Source: a virus. Taken from it: a stretch of DNA of 40,078 bases. Within the stretch, counting starts at the first letter, position 1, and the number at the start of each line of letters is the position of its first letter. The notes under the pieces were generated by a model. That model had not been told where the DNA came from and ran no database searches. It saw only the letters and a list, made by a program, of their open reading frames with translations. The position numbers were made by a program, and so were the translations under genes. This document shows positions 29,865-38,554 of the stretch, piece after piece. The stretch covers positions 1 to 40,078 of the IMG/VR virus record IMGVR_UViG_3300034069_000373; one strand, written 5' to 3'.

Positions 29865-30185
29865 TCAGGCGATCTGCGAAATGTAGGCCTTCAGGCTCGG
29901 CGCAGTGGCGCCAGTCACCGTCAGGACAAGAGTGCAAGGAGGGGCAAGAAAGCCGCCAACTCCATTACTGGAGAAAGTGACGTTCTGCCCGACATCCAGA
30001 TAGGTCAAGCGATCCTCTGCAAGCATCTGAAGTTTGGCTGTGCCACCTCCAAAGCTGCCCATTACTTGCAAAGAGCCGGTGCCGCCCGGCCATGAGACGC
30101 CTTCGGGCGGAAACTGCCCGTTAGCACTGATGGAAGGCGACGGCACCGTGCCGTCAGCAATGGGATAAGAGGACCGCGAGGCCAT
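29865..30185 (-). CDS. Hypothetical structural-module protein (106 aa)
   Basis: The ORF is in the track. It is tightly spaced with its neighbours in the head-tail junction region. Confidence 0.6.
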   Translation of the reverse strand: MASRSSYPIADGTVPSPSISANGQFPPEGVSWPGGTGSLQVMGSFGGGTAKLQMLAEDRLTYLDVGQNVTFSSNGVGGFLAPPCTLVLTVTGATAPSLKAYISQIA

Positions 30186-30467
30186 TTACGAAGCCTTCGG
30201 AGGACGGCCCGGGCCGCGCTTGATGATGGCGTCAGTCAGCTTGGCAACATCGGCCTCGCTCACGGCTTGGCCTTGGTCTTCGAGCTTGGCAAGTTCCAGA
30301 GCGTCGGTCTTGGCTTGTGCGGCCTCGCCGGCTTTCTCTTTCTTCTCGGCGTCCTTCTCAAGCGCAGACTCCGACTTGCCGGTCATCTTGGCTTCTTCTT
30401 CGGCGCTGTGAGCAATGACGGACACGCCGTCTTTGTCCACGACCCACTTCGGGTATTCCTGATACAT
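30186..30467 (-). CDS. Hypothetical acidic/Lys-rich protein (93 aa) with C-terminal RGPGRPPK (AT-hook-like)
   Basis: The ORF is in the track. The ATG is preceded by aaggagccacc. Confidence 0.6.
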   Translation of the reverse strand: MYQEYPKWVVDKDGVSVIAHSAEEEAKMTGKSESALEKDAEKKEKAGEAAQAKTDALELAKLEDQGQAVSEADVAKLTDAIIKRGPGRPPKAS

Positions 30468-30476
30468 GGTGGCTCC

Positions 30477-30866
30477 TTAGTTGATGGCCGTCAGGCCGGA
30501 GAGGTTTTCCAGAACCCAGTCGATGGCGACTGCTGCAGTCGCAGCGGCATTCAGAGTGAACGTCACCTGACCCAGTGCCGGCGTGATGCGCAGCGAGGTT
30601 GCCGTGCCGTCAGCCGTGGCATTTGACAGGAAGGCCGAAACCTTCGACTGCGGCGTAAAGCCGGGGTTGCTCACCGTGACGGCAGTACCACCAGCAGCGA
30701 TGCCGACGCGGCCAGCGTTCTGCACCGTGCTCACCGGACCCGGGGTGACCGGACCTGCTGAGATGGTAGCGAAACCCTGCTGCACGAGTGCAGTTTCGGT
30801 CGGGGTGTCGAGTTGCACGATCGTGCCGGCCAGATAACCGTTGTAATTGCGTCCGAGTTGAATCAT
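30477..30866 (-). CDS. Hypothetical head-associated protein (129 aa), possible decoration protein
   Basis: It lies immediately downstream of the major capsid gene. The composition is beta-rich and Thr/Ala/Val-rich. The ATG is preceded by aaaggagcactgaa. Confidence 0.5.
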   Translation of the reverse strand: MIQLGRNYNGYLAGTIVQLDTPTETALVQQGFATISAGPVTPGPVSTVQNAGRVGIAAGGTAVTVSNPGFTPQSKVSAFLSNATADGTATSLRITPALGQVTFTLNAAATAAVAIDWVLENLSGLTAIN

Positions 30867-30883
30867 TTCAGTGCTCCTTTCGA

Positions 30884-32089
30884 TTAGGCGATGAGCTTGA
30901 CAGCCAGCTCGGGATAGAGCGCGGCGTAACCGAACAGCACGTCAACACGCATGATGTTGTTGTCGTTGATGCCGTCGTAGAACTGCGTCACCTTCACGGT
31001 GAAGCCGTCGTCGGTCATTTGCGTGACCTTGGCACCAGCACCAGCAGGCGGCTCGTACATCGGGACCATCGCCAGCGTGAACGCATCGCGGTGGTACAGG
31101 ATGTCCGTCTCGTAGCCAGCGTTGGCAGCGCCCACGATGGTGATAGCTGCGCCGTTGGCGGGCGAAGCGGTCACGCTCTGGAAGTTGCCTGCCGGGGTGA
31201 GCGACGGGTAAACCGGGATGGCGGTCGAGCCAGCAGCGACGTTGGCGGTCACGACGAACTGTTGGAACGAGTTCGTGTCCTGACGCGACTGCGGGTTGAC
31301 CGCGTTCACACCAGCGATGGTCAGCACCGAGCCCTGCGTGATCGTGCCCGTGGTAGCGGAGACGGTCAGCGTGGAACCGGTCTGGCCTGCGCCGTTGACA
31401 GTGATGCCGGTCGATGCCTGCGTGCCGTTGATGTGACGCGGGATGTTCTGATCCATCTCGACATCAGCACCGAAGCCCGACACGAACATGCCGTTGCTGT
31501 TCTGCTGGCTGATACGCGATCCGCCGTTGAACATACCGGACATGCCCTGCACGATGGCAGCGTTCATCGCAGGCGAGACCACCAGCTTACGAGCGTTGCG
31601 CGGGCCTGCGTTCTCGTCGAGCTTCTGTTGCGCCTGGGTGATCAGGGCGACAGCGGCCTGTTGAGTAGCAGGATAGGTGCCGACCGTACCAACGAGGTTC
31701 GCAACCGTGCGGCGGGCCATGTCAAGGCCTTGGCGGTCAATTTCGTTGATGACGGCAGCGGCACCGGCTTCCATGATGCGCTCGAACTGCGTGATGCTGA
31801 GCGTGCGCTCAAGGCTGGTGAACTGCAGATCCGTACCGCCCTGCGACAGGGTCAGCGGCGCAGTCGTGATCACCGTGTCCTGCGGCAGAGCGACACGGCC
31901 AGCGCGCCAGCCGTAACGCGGAGGACGCTTGACGTTGATGGTCTGACCCGGAGCGTAGCCACGGCCGATGGCGCCAGTGAATTCGCTCTGGAAGTCGCGG
32001 TTGACGTTGTTCGCAAAAACAATGTTGTTCTTGAGAATCGCAAGGAATTCCTTCGCGACTACGCCAGTGGTGGGGAGAATGTTTGCCAT
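30884..32089 (-). CDS. Major capsid protein, P22 coat (gp5)-like (401 aa)
   Basis: The N-terminus MANILPTTGVVAKEFLAILKNNIVFANNVNRDFQSEF and the length match the P22_CoatProtein family pattern. Its position after the scaffold gene also fits. Confidence 0.85.
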   Translation of the reverse strand: MANILPTTGVVAKEFLAILKNNIVFANNVNRDFQSEFTGAIGRGYAPGQTINVKRPPRYGWRAGRVALPQDTVITTAPLTLSQGGTDLQFTSLERTLSITQFERIMEAGAAAVINEIDRQGLDMARRTVANLVGTVGTYPATQQAAVALITQAQQKLDENAGPRNARKLVVSPAMNAAIVQGMSGMFNGGSRISQQNSNGMFVSGFGADVEMDQNIPRHINGTQASTGITVNGAGQTGSTLTVSATTGTITQGSVLTIAGVNAVNPQSRQDTNSFQQFVVTANVAAGSTAIPVYPSLTPAGNFQSVTASPANGAAITIVGAANAGYETDILYHRDAFTLAMVPMYEPPAGAGAKVTQMTDDGFTVKVTQFYDGINDNNIMRVDVLFGYAALYPELAVKLIA

Positions 32090-32107
32090 TTGGTTTCCTG
32101 ATTTCGG

Positions 32108-32914
32108 TTAGCGACGCGCCCAACCGGCACCCTGTTTCTTGCGAAGCGCGATGTAGTCATCGAGGCTCGCATTCTCAAGGGTCGGTGTGGCGCCGCCTCG
32201 GCTCCCGATGGGGGTTATGGGTGCAGAGGCGCGTTTGGTAGGGGTTGTGGTCGACCCGAGACGAGTCTCAAGTTTTCCAAGCTCGGCTGCTTGTCGGGCA
32301 GAACTCAGTTTGCCAATGCGCTCAGCATCCTCCGGGTTCGCGGCGATGTACGCCATGAGCTTCGGAGCATGATCGGAGTCCACCAGAGCCTTCACGAAGT
32401 CCGCCGCCAGACCGGAGCCTGTCAGTACTTCATTGAACTCATCACGGTCAAAACCTTCGATCTTCTCGGCATCCGAGTACAGCTTTTCGGTCTTGGCTGT
32501 GAGCTTTTGGTTTTGCTCCTGAGCGCGCTGCTGATTGCTGACACGATCGCGCTGATCCAGCTTCCAGTCGGTCAAGCGGTCAAGATACTCGTCGTCTGCC
32601 TCGCCTTCACGACGAGACGGACGCGCATCTTGGCGCTGTTCGTTCTGTTGCTGAGCCTGCGACTGTTGAGGGGCGAGCCTCTCCAGCGATTTCAGTACTC
32701 TGCGTTCTGCCTTTGCTTCAGCGCGGGCCTTTTCCTTCTTGACGATGTCATTCAACTCAGCCTGAGTGAACGTCTTCGCCTCCCCAGCTTCTTCATCCCC
32801 GTTCTCGGCCTGGGTGTCCTGATCCGGGTTAACCGCCGCTTTGTCCTGTTCGGCTTCAGGGTTTGACACTTCGCCGTCTACGGCGCCCGCGTCGGGGCTA
32901 GTCTGGTCAGACAT
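32108..32914 (-). CDS. Scaffolding protein (268 aa)
   Basis: It lies between the portal and coat genes. The sequence is highly charged, Gln/Glu/Lys/Ala-rich and helical. Confidence 0.75.
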   Translation of the reverse strand: MSDQTSPDAGAVDGEVSNPEAEQDKAAVNPDQDTQAENGDEEAGEAKTFTQAELNDIVKKEKARAEAKAERRVLKSLERLAPQQSQAQQQNEQRQDARPSRREGEADDEYLDRLTDWKLDQRDRVSNQQRAQEQNQKLTAKTEKLYSDAEKIEGFDRDEFNEVLTGSGLAADFVKALVDSDHAPKLMAYIAANPEDAERIGKLSSARQAAELGKLETRLGSTTTPTKRASAPITPIGSRGGATPTLENASLDDYIALRKKQGAGWARR

Positions 32915-35177
32915 TTGGGTTTCCTTCGGAAGGATCGGGTTGCCCCGGACCCGGCTGCGCGCCGGTAGCGGCCATTTCTGGCGGAATAGGTAGCTGACCG
33001 TCCATCGGGTTGATGGGGATCGGAATGGTCGGCTCTTCCATCTCGGGCTGCAGTGGCTGTGCTGCGAGCGTCTCTTGGATGGTCTGTGCCGCTAGCGCTT
33101 GAATCTCAATTGGCGTCAGCATTGCAAGCAAGGTTTTCACGCGGTCTGTTTGAGCGTCATAAGCCTTAATGCCATGCTCGGACACACCCTTGGCTGCAGC
33201 GGTTTGCTGGCGCATGCGCTCAAGCTCTATGGCACCTTGGTTGCGCACCACATCGCCGCGACGCTCGATCTCAAGCTGATCAATGCGCTGCTGCATCTTC
33301 CCGATGACCTGCTGCGCTTGTTGGCCCTGCGCCTGCATCTGCTGCATTTGCTCGGACGCTTGCTGCAACTGCATTTGAAGCTGTTGCTTCTCGTCGCCCT
33401 GCTCGTCTTTGAGTTGGGCAGGAACTGTGCGTGCCAATCGCTCGGCAATCTCCGCAGCCATCGGAAAGTCCATCGCCTTGAACACCAGATCCGGCGCAGC
33501 CTGCATCAGGATCGGCGACCTCGAAGCCATGTCGCCAAGGATCGCAGCAGATTCCTGACGTTGCGTCTGATAGCTTGGACCCGTGTCGATAGCAACATCG
33601 TAGCGCCCCACCGATGGGTTAAAGACTTGGTCGAAGCCTGCGTTGTCAGGGGCTTTTTGCGGCTCTCCCTGATGGCCTGGGTCAAGCTGGACAGCCTCTT
33701 CCTTGCCGTCCAAGCCAAGGATGCGCACGATGCGGGCTCGGTCGTAGACTTTGGGGATAAGGTCCAGAATGACCGTCGCTTCGTACTTCAGACCGCGTGC
33801 CAAGTTGTCAGGGAAGTGGAACGTTGCCACTTCGCCTTGCTGCTTGAGACGCTGAATGCCAACACCGGACTGTGCATCGCTCTTGACACCGAAATTGGCG
33901 TTGTGCTGGCCGCTGGCTGCGCGCATCTGCTCAACCGACAGCTGGAGCATTTGCACCTGAGCGGTAGCCATTGCAGTGGGCTGCACGCGCTCGGGCTTGG
34001 GCAGTGGGTTGCCGTTGTCGTCGAACGCGTTCCACGGCATATACGCGCGGTTTTCGAGATTGGATGCGCCCCAGATCTCTTCATAGCCTTCGACGGACTC
34101 AGCAGAGGCCAGCCAAGGCGTCTTGGTCTGCAGTGCGACGGTCTCAACCGCAGCCGAATAGCTGTAGTTGACCATGCGGGCGCTGTCCTTGAGGTCACGC
34201 ACCAAGCCTTTGCGGACGATCTCGCCGTTGACATTAACTTCTTTGCCGACGATGCAGACGATGGGCATGTGCGAGCCCAGCCATTCCTTCTCGTCCTCTG
34301 GTTCGTCTTTGCCACCAACGATCTTGCACCATTTCCACTGCTTGCGGCTGGTCTTGCGCGAGTCCTGAATGATGATCGGCTCCGCACCCGGCAGCGTGAT
34401 CGTCTTGCCTGCTTCGTTGACCTTCGCGCCAACGTCCGACAACTCGGACTTGAGCACCGTCTCGCCGTTTTCCAGCAAATAGACGGTATCGGGCTTGTCC
34501 TCGCACCAGAAGTACTCAGCGCGGCGCACCACATCCTTGTTGCACCAGCCGTGCGAGTCATCAGCCCACGCCAGCGAGTGAGTGCGGTTCTCGTCGCTCT
34601 CGTTCTCGTACTCGTCGCGCGGCACGTCCTCGAAGATCAGACACCACTTCGCATCCGAGCGGTCTGGCTCGATCGCATCGGGGTCGATATAGACCAACTG
34701 AGGGTTGACGATAGGCCGGATCGTGATGACCTGATCAAACGACGTTTCGCTCTCGTACTCAGTGAGGATGCGCCAGAAGCCTTCACCACCGTAAAGCGAG
34801 TGCATCGCCGCGATGTCGTGCGCCGTGTCCGCGTTGCTGAACGACTGGATGCCACGCAGCATGCCACCAAGGATATTCGCGGTCTCAACGTCGGCCTTGC
34901 TGTCCACCGGCACGACCTTGGCAGTCGGTCGGTTCTGGCGAATCTGGTTCTCGATCTGGTTGCAGTGCTGAGCCGTGATATTGATGGTCAGGCACGGCTT
35001 CTTAGAGCGCGTGGCCCTGCCGTCGTACACATCATCAGGCCACTGCCAGTTGTTCTCGCTGTCGCCCAGCACAAAGCGCGTGTCTTCGATGGCCTGCTGC
35101 CGTAGCGTCGAATAAGCGCCTTTAGCCCGTTCGAAGCGGGCTTTTGCGGTGTCGACAACGGACTTCTTATCCGCCAT
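32907..35177 (-). CDS. Portal protein, P22 gp1-like (756 aa)
   Basis: The ATG at 35177 (MADKKSVVDTAKARFERAKGAY...) has a TGATG overlap with the TerL stop. The size and the long C-terminal Gln-rich helical barrel-like tail (..QQLQMQLQQASEQMQQMQAQGQQAQQ..) also fit. It lies after TerL. Confidence 0.85.
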   Translation of the reverse strand: MADKKSVVDTAKARFERAKGAYSTLRQQAIEDTRFVLGDSENNWQWPDDVYDGRATRSKKPCLTINITAQHCNQIENQIRQNRPTAKVVPVDSKADVETANILGGMLRGIQSFSNADTAHDIAAMHSLYGGEGFWRILTEYESETSFDQVITIRPIVNPQLVYIDPDAIEPDRSDAKWCLIFEDVPRDEYENESDENRTHSLAWADDSHGWCNKDVVRRAEYFWCEDKPDTVYLLENGETVLKSELSDVGAKVNEAGKTITLPGAEPIIIQDSRKTSRKQWKWCKIVGGKDEPEDEKEWLGSHMPIVCIVGKEVNVNGEIVRKGLVRDLKDSARMVNYSYSAAVETVALQTKTPWLASAESVEGYEEIWGASNLENRAYMPWNAFDDNGNPLPKPERVQPTAMATAQVQMLQLSVEQMRAASGQHNANFGVKSDAQSGVGIQRLKQQGEVATFHFPDNLARGLKYEATVILDLIPKVYDRARIVRILGLDGKEEAVQLDPGHQGEPQKAPDNAGFDQVFNPSVGRYDVAIDTGPSYQTQRQESAAILGDMASRSPILMQAAPDLVFKAMDFPMAAEIAERLARTVPAQLKDEQGDEKQQLQMQLQQASEQMQQMQAQGQQAQQVIGKMQQRIDQLEIERRGDVVRNQGAIELERMRQQTAAAKGVSEHGIKAYDAQTDRVKTLLAMLTPIEIQALAAQTIQETLAAQPLQPEMEEPTIPIPINPMDGQLPIPPEMAATGAQPGPGQPDPSEGNPNV

Positions 35178-36421
35178 CAACTCATCCAGCTTTGGGCATG
35201 TGAGAAATAAGGCTTCACTACTTCTTTCTTGTCGCGAATGGGTTTGGCGCGGCGCGCGCCTTCGCAAGCATAACGCAACGCGTCGATTATATGGTTATCT
35301 TTGTCGTCCAAGATCGGCAGCACCAAACCTGTTAGCGGATCGGTCTTGTAGCTGTAGAGCGTCAATTCATCGATCAGGTGCTTGCAGCGCGGGTGGACGA
35401 TGATGTCGTAGCTCTTGAGCCACTCAACGCCTTCTTCCAGGCTCTTTGCGCCCTTGATTGCAGCCCTGATGCGGGGAAAGCCGTTCTTTTGCATATGGCT
35501 GATGGTCTCAGGTCGAGCAGAATCAGCCGTGATAGGCCACTTCTCAGCTTCTGGCACCGACATAAACAGCTCAGGCAGATTGACGATCTCGCAACCCACC
35601 ATGTAGGCCTCATAGTCCACGTATAGGCGGTTGCCTTCAATGTCGCAACGCACCAGCACGCTCGGGTCAACAGAGAACCCCCAGTCCGCGCCGAGCCGAT
35701 GCACTGTGCCCACTGGCCGCTCGAACTCCTCGATCTTCCAATTACGGAATACACGCGCTTCGCTGTTGCTCTGGTACTTACCAAGCCACACATGCGCGTA
35801 TTTGTCAGGATCTCGGCGCTTGTCGTACTCCATCTCATCCCGGAGCTCTTGCGGTAGCCATGGGTTGTCGAGATAGTTAGCCTCCACGACCACAGCACCA
35901 GGCGGCAGATCATTGCCACGCAACAACACGTCTACAGGATCTGTTGGCTTGCTTGGGTTCCAGCCAAACCACATCTCGGACTTGGCCTTACGGATCGTGG
36001 GGCGCAACAGCGTCAGGCTCTTATCGCTGGCGTTCTGCGCCTCCTCGAACCATGCACGGTCGAACCCTTCCAGCGACTTGATCGATTCCGAGGTGTGGTT
36101 CTGCATGCCCTCGAAGATGGTGACCCCTCCATGTTTGGAAAGGATGCGCCGGTCCTGCACTTCAAAGTAGGCGCCAGCGTTGTAGCCGCTGATCTTGCTT
36201 TCCAGCAGCTTCTTGACTGAGAACTCCAACGACTTGAGCGTCTCACGTAGGCAGACAAAGTCCAGCTTTTGGCTAACACTTTCCTCTAACCACAGGTCGG
36301 CGAAGAACTGGCTCTTGCCTGAGCCTCGACCGCCATGCGCGCCCTTGTAGCGTGCTGGCTGTAGCAACGGCTCGTAGACCGCAGCTGTCTCAATCGTTAG
36401 CTTTGACAATCCTGCGCTCAA
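35177..36421 (-). CDS. terL: Terminase large subunit (PBSX/Terminase_3-like)
   Basis: Walker A motif in YKGAHGGRGSGKSQF. The nuclease-domain end reads DDKDNHIIDALRYA. The only in-frame starts near the 5' end are TTG (36421 or 36409). The ORF opens right after a stop codon, so the start is uncertain. Confidence 0.85.
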   Translation of the reverse strand: MSAGLSKLTIETAAVYEPLLQPARYKGAHGGRGSGKSQFFADLWLEESVSQKLDFVCLRETLKSLEFSVKKLLESKISGYNAGAYFEVQDRRILSKHGGVTIFEGMQNHTSESIKSLEGFDRAWFEEAQNASDKSLTLLRPTIRKAKSEMWFGWNPSKPTDPVDVLLRGNDLPPGAVVVEANYLDNPWLPQELRDEMEYDKRRDPDKYAHVWLGKYQSNSEARVFRNWKIEEFERPVGTVHRLGADWGFSVDPSVLVRCDIEGNRLYVDYEAYMVGCEIVNLPELFMSVPEAEKWPITADSARPETISHMQKNGFPRIRAAIKGAKSLEEGVEWLKSYDIIVHPRCKHLIDELTLYSYKTDPLTGLVLPILDDKDNHIIDALRYACEGARRAKPIRDKKEVVKPYFSHAQSWMS

Positions 36422-36662
36422 TCACAGTGAATGCATGCTCGCCGTTCTCTCCAGGCCCTTGGATGGTCATCGGCAGAACCTTGCCAATCAGCGAGAGGAA
36501 CGCACCAGCGGTCTTAGGATCGTTCGCACGCTCAACGAGGTACTCCACCCCTCCGGATTGATCCAGAGCGCCTAGGATCATCTCCTTAAGCTGCGCAGTG
36601 GCCTTGTTCGGAGAACCCTTGGGACGACCTTTATTTACCGCTTGTTTAATTGGACTGGTCAT
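36390..36662 (-). CDS. terS: Terminase small subunit (90 aa)
   Basis: MTSPIKQAVNKGRPKGSPNKATAQLKEMILGAL...GGVEYL is a typical N-terminal HTH-like small terminase of P22/BPP-1-like podophages. It lies immediately upstream of and overlaps terL. Confidence 0.7.
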   Translation of the reverse strand: MTSPIKQAVNKGRPKGSPNKATAQLKEMILGALDQSGGVEYLVERANDPKTAGAFLSLIGKVLPMTIQGPGENGEHAFTVIERRIVKAND

Positions 36663-36707
36663 GACTTAACGCCTCACATGGCGACACCGGGTAACGCCGG
36701 TTCGATT

Positions 36708-36744
36708 GCAAAAAAGAAACCCGCCCGGTCTTTCGATGGGCGGG
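36708..36744 (-). terminator. Rho-independent terminator separating the early/nin-like genes from the packaging/late operon
   Basis: The minus strand reads CCCGCCCatcgaaagaccGGGCGGGTTTCTTTTTT (stem 36738..36744 / 36720..36726, followed by a T-rich tail). There is no U-tract on the plus strand. Confidence 0.8.
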
Positions 36745-36773
36745 CAATGGGTCACAAGGAGGATTGCATCCTA

Positions 36774-37025
36774 TCACAAAGAGATGCCGAAGATGAAAGC
36801 AAGGGCCAACCAAGGCGATAAATCTTCCTTCTTTTTCGCGGCGTCAACAAGCTCTTGATGCCTACGCTCTTCAGCAGCTGCTGCGTCTTGTTCCGCGTAT
36901 TTTGCGATTAGTTGCGCTTTCAAGTGCTCAGGAGCAGCAGTTATAGCTTTCGCCCTCGCCTCATGCTTGGCAACCTCTCCCATAACTGCGCTTACAGCAG
37001 CCATAGCAACGAATAACCCAATCAT
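36774..37025 (-). CDS. Membrane protein (83 aa, N- and C-terminal hydrophobic segments)
   Basis: MIGLFVAMAAVSAVMG...SPWLALAFIFGISL. ATGA overlap with the Lar-like gene. It is the last gene before the terminator. Confidence 0.6.
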   Translation of the reverse strand: MIGLFVAMAAVSAVMGEVAKHEARAKAITAAPEHLKAQLIAKYAEQDAAAAEERRHQELVDAAKKKEDLSPWLALAFIFGISL

Positions 37026-37210
37026 GCCTTTCCCTCTTCACTGATTCGCTCATTCCATATCTCTGCAGCCTTTTCGATGTCTTCATCCCTTGGCCCCTGC
37101 GATCCACACTGAGCGCAGAAACCTGCATAGCCACTCTTGCCGCCGAACTCGTCACCGCCAACGTAAGTGTTGTTCGAGCCGCAGAAGGGGCAGGGCAGCA
37201 GTTCGGTCAT
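37022..37210 (-). CDS. Lar-family restriction-alleviation-like zinc-ribbon protein (62 aa)
   Basis: MTELLPCPFCGSNNTY...FCAQCGSQG....IEKAAEIWNER matches the Lar_restr_allev pattern (CPFCG...C..CG...A...WN.R). Confidence 0.75.
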   Translation of the reverse strand: MTELLPCPFCGSNNTYVGGDEFGGKSGYAGFCAQCGSQGPRDEDIEKAAEIWNERISEEGKA

Positions 37211-37212
37211 GT

Positions 37213-37374
37213 CTACTTCCCCTCTGCCTTCTGTCCTGACTCTTTCAAGATGTCTTGGACTTCCTGAACCAAATATTTCATCACCTTAGCCCGGCCATGG
37301 GCTACGCCGATGCAGAAAGCGATGTAGCCGATAGCGAGAGCCGCAATGGCAAGGGCGACCGGGTAAGAGCTCAT
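37213..37374 (-). CDS. Small N-terminally TM-anchored protein (53 aa: MSSYPVALAIAALAIGYIAFCIGVAHGRAKVMKYLVQEVQDILKESGQKAEGK)
   Basis: Hand translation (below the track cutoff). Strong RBS gaaggagtcaac before the ATG. ATGA overlap with the upstream stop. Confidence 0.6.
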   Translation of the reverse strand: MSSYPVALAIAALAIGYIAFCIGVAHGRAKVMKYLVQEVQDILKESGQKAEGK

Positions 37375-37550
37375 GTTGACTCCTTCTGTCCTAGGCCGTC
37401 GCCTTCGGCCAATTTTTGCATGCTCAAGTAGGTTTCAGACTCTTTCTGAGCTTGCTGCATCCAAGCGTTCAAAACGCGCTGCTCAAGCAGAGCGCAGATG
37501 TGCGCATGCGTTTGAGCTTCAACAAAGATCTCTGGTAGCCCGACAATCAT
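37371..37550 (-). CDS. Hypothetical small protein (59 aa)
   Basis: The ATG at 37550 (MIVGLPEIFVEAQ...) is preceded by aaaggagacgac and overlaps the upstream stop (ATGA). Confidence 0.55.
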   Translation of the reverse strand: MIVGLPEIFVEAQTHAHICALLEQRVLNAWMQQAQKESETYLSMQKLAEGDGLGQKEST

Positions 37551-37801
37551 GTCGTCTCCTTTGCGCTGGCTTCTAGGGAGCGAATGGACAAAAGGCACTG
37601 ACGAATGGCATGAACATGCGCAACCTTACCCATACTAGTGAGCGGCTTTCCTAAAAATAGCTTTGCGCATTCATCACGTGCCGATTCCAGCGCCTGCTTG
37701 CGGGAGGCTTGCCATGCCGCATCCCAGATTACCCGCAATTCGTTAGGCTGGCCTGCGCACTCGCGATACCACTCGGAATAGGCTTGCTGGCTCTTGTCCA
37801 T
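37547..37801 (-). CDS. Hypothetical protein (84 aa; the GTG at 37804 is an alternative start)
   Basis: The ORF is in the track. The start overlaps the stop of the 58-aa ORF (GTGATG). Confidence 0.6.
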   Translation of the reverse strand: MDKSQQAYSEWYRECAGQPNELRVIWDAAWQASRKQALESARDECAKLFLGKPLTSMGKVAHVHAIRQCLLSIRSLEASAKETT

Positions 37802-37977
37802 CACAGCCCTCCCGTGATCTTCCGAACGACGCGCACATTCCGATTGCCCCAGTCAGCGCGCAGTTCAGTCGCTTTCGCGCGGGCAGCGTCGCGCGTCTCG
37901 TAGGTGCCCTTCGGCTTCCACTTGGTCAGGTGGGTGGTGCGGATTTGGATCTGCCACTTCTTTGCTGCGTTGCTCAT
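37801..37977 (-). CDS. Small basic protein (58 aa: MSNAAKKWQIQIRTTHLTKWKPKGTYETRDAARAKATELRADWGNRNVRVVRKITGGL)
   Basis: Hand translation (below the track cutoff). RBS acaggagataact before the ATG at 37977. Confidence 0.55.
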   Translation of the reverse strand: MSNAAKKWQIQIRTTHLTKWKPKGTYETRDAARAKATELRADWGNRNVRVVRKITGGL

Positions 37978-37993
37978 AGTTATCTCCTGTGAA

Positions 37994-38554
37994 TCAACGG
38001 CTACCGGCCGTCGCGGATTTCTCTAACCGCCTGCATCGCTTCCCCATCACCTTCTTGAAGCGGATGTAGTACTCGATAGGCGGCTTGCTGGTCTGGTTCT
38101 GCGCCATGAGCCAATCCACCTTCTCTTGCCCTATCTTGGCAATGAGGCGCGGCGTGTAAGCGATGATGTTGCCGCCCTTCTCCGTATTGCACGAGTAGCA
38201 GGCTTTATGGATGTTCCACAGATGGAACTGCACGGCGGATGCCGACCCGTGGCTGCGGTAGTGAGATCCAGCCCACATTCCCCCCCATGTAGACGGCAAA
38301 TGGCAGGAGATGCAGCCGTCGTTCCGGTCCCGGATGCGCGCGATCTTCTGCACGATCCGCCTGCACTCCTCTTCCCATTTGCCACGGCTCTTAATCTTCT
38401 CCTTGCGCTGCTTCGTCTCCAGCTTGTCAGCCGCCACCTTTGCCAGCCTGTACGCCTTTGCCAGCCTCAAGCCACACATCGGCGAGCAGACATGCTGTCC
38501 CATGCGCTGGGGGGTGAAGATGGCATTGCACTGAGCGCAGGGACGAGACTTCAT
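37994..38554 (-). CDS. ninG: NinG/Rap-family recombination endonuclease (186 aa)
   Basis: Collinear with lambda NinG: an N-terminal Cys cluster (CAQCN..F......CSP.C), a basic helix, CISCHL......W.AGHYRS......FHLWNIHKACYSCNTEKGGN...Y...LI.KIGQEKVD. Confidence 0.85.
   Translation of the reverse strand: MKSRPCAQCNAIFTPQRMGQHVCSPMCGLRLAKAYRLAKVAADKLETKQRKEKIKSRGKWEEECRRIVQKIARIRDRNDGCISCHLPSTWGGMWAGSHYRSHGSASAVQFHLWNIHKACYSCNTEKGGNIIAYTPRLIAKIGQEKVDWLMAQNQTSKPPIEYYIRFKKVMGKRCRRLEKSATAGSR

Noticed and set aside
33099-35105. 668-aa plus-strand ORF antisense to the portal gene. Similar long antisense ORFs occur at 30788..32101, 22937..23974, 25109..26092, 15498..16373, 16589..17533 and 13529..14272.
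   Set aside because: Their translations are Arg/Leu/His/Val-rich and low in information, with no motifs. They lie exactly opposite well-supported structural genes in GC-rich DNA, where stop codons are rare. They are classic shadow ORFs.
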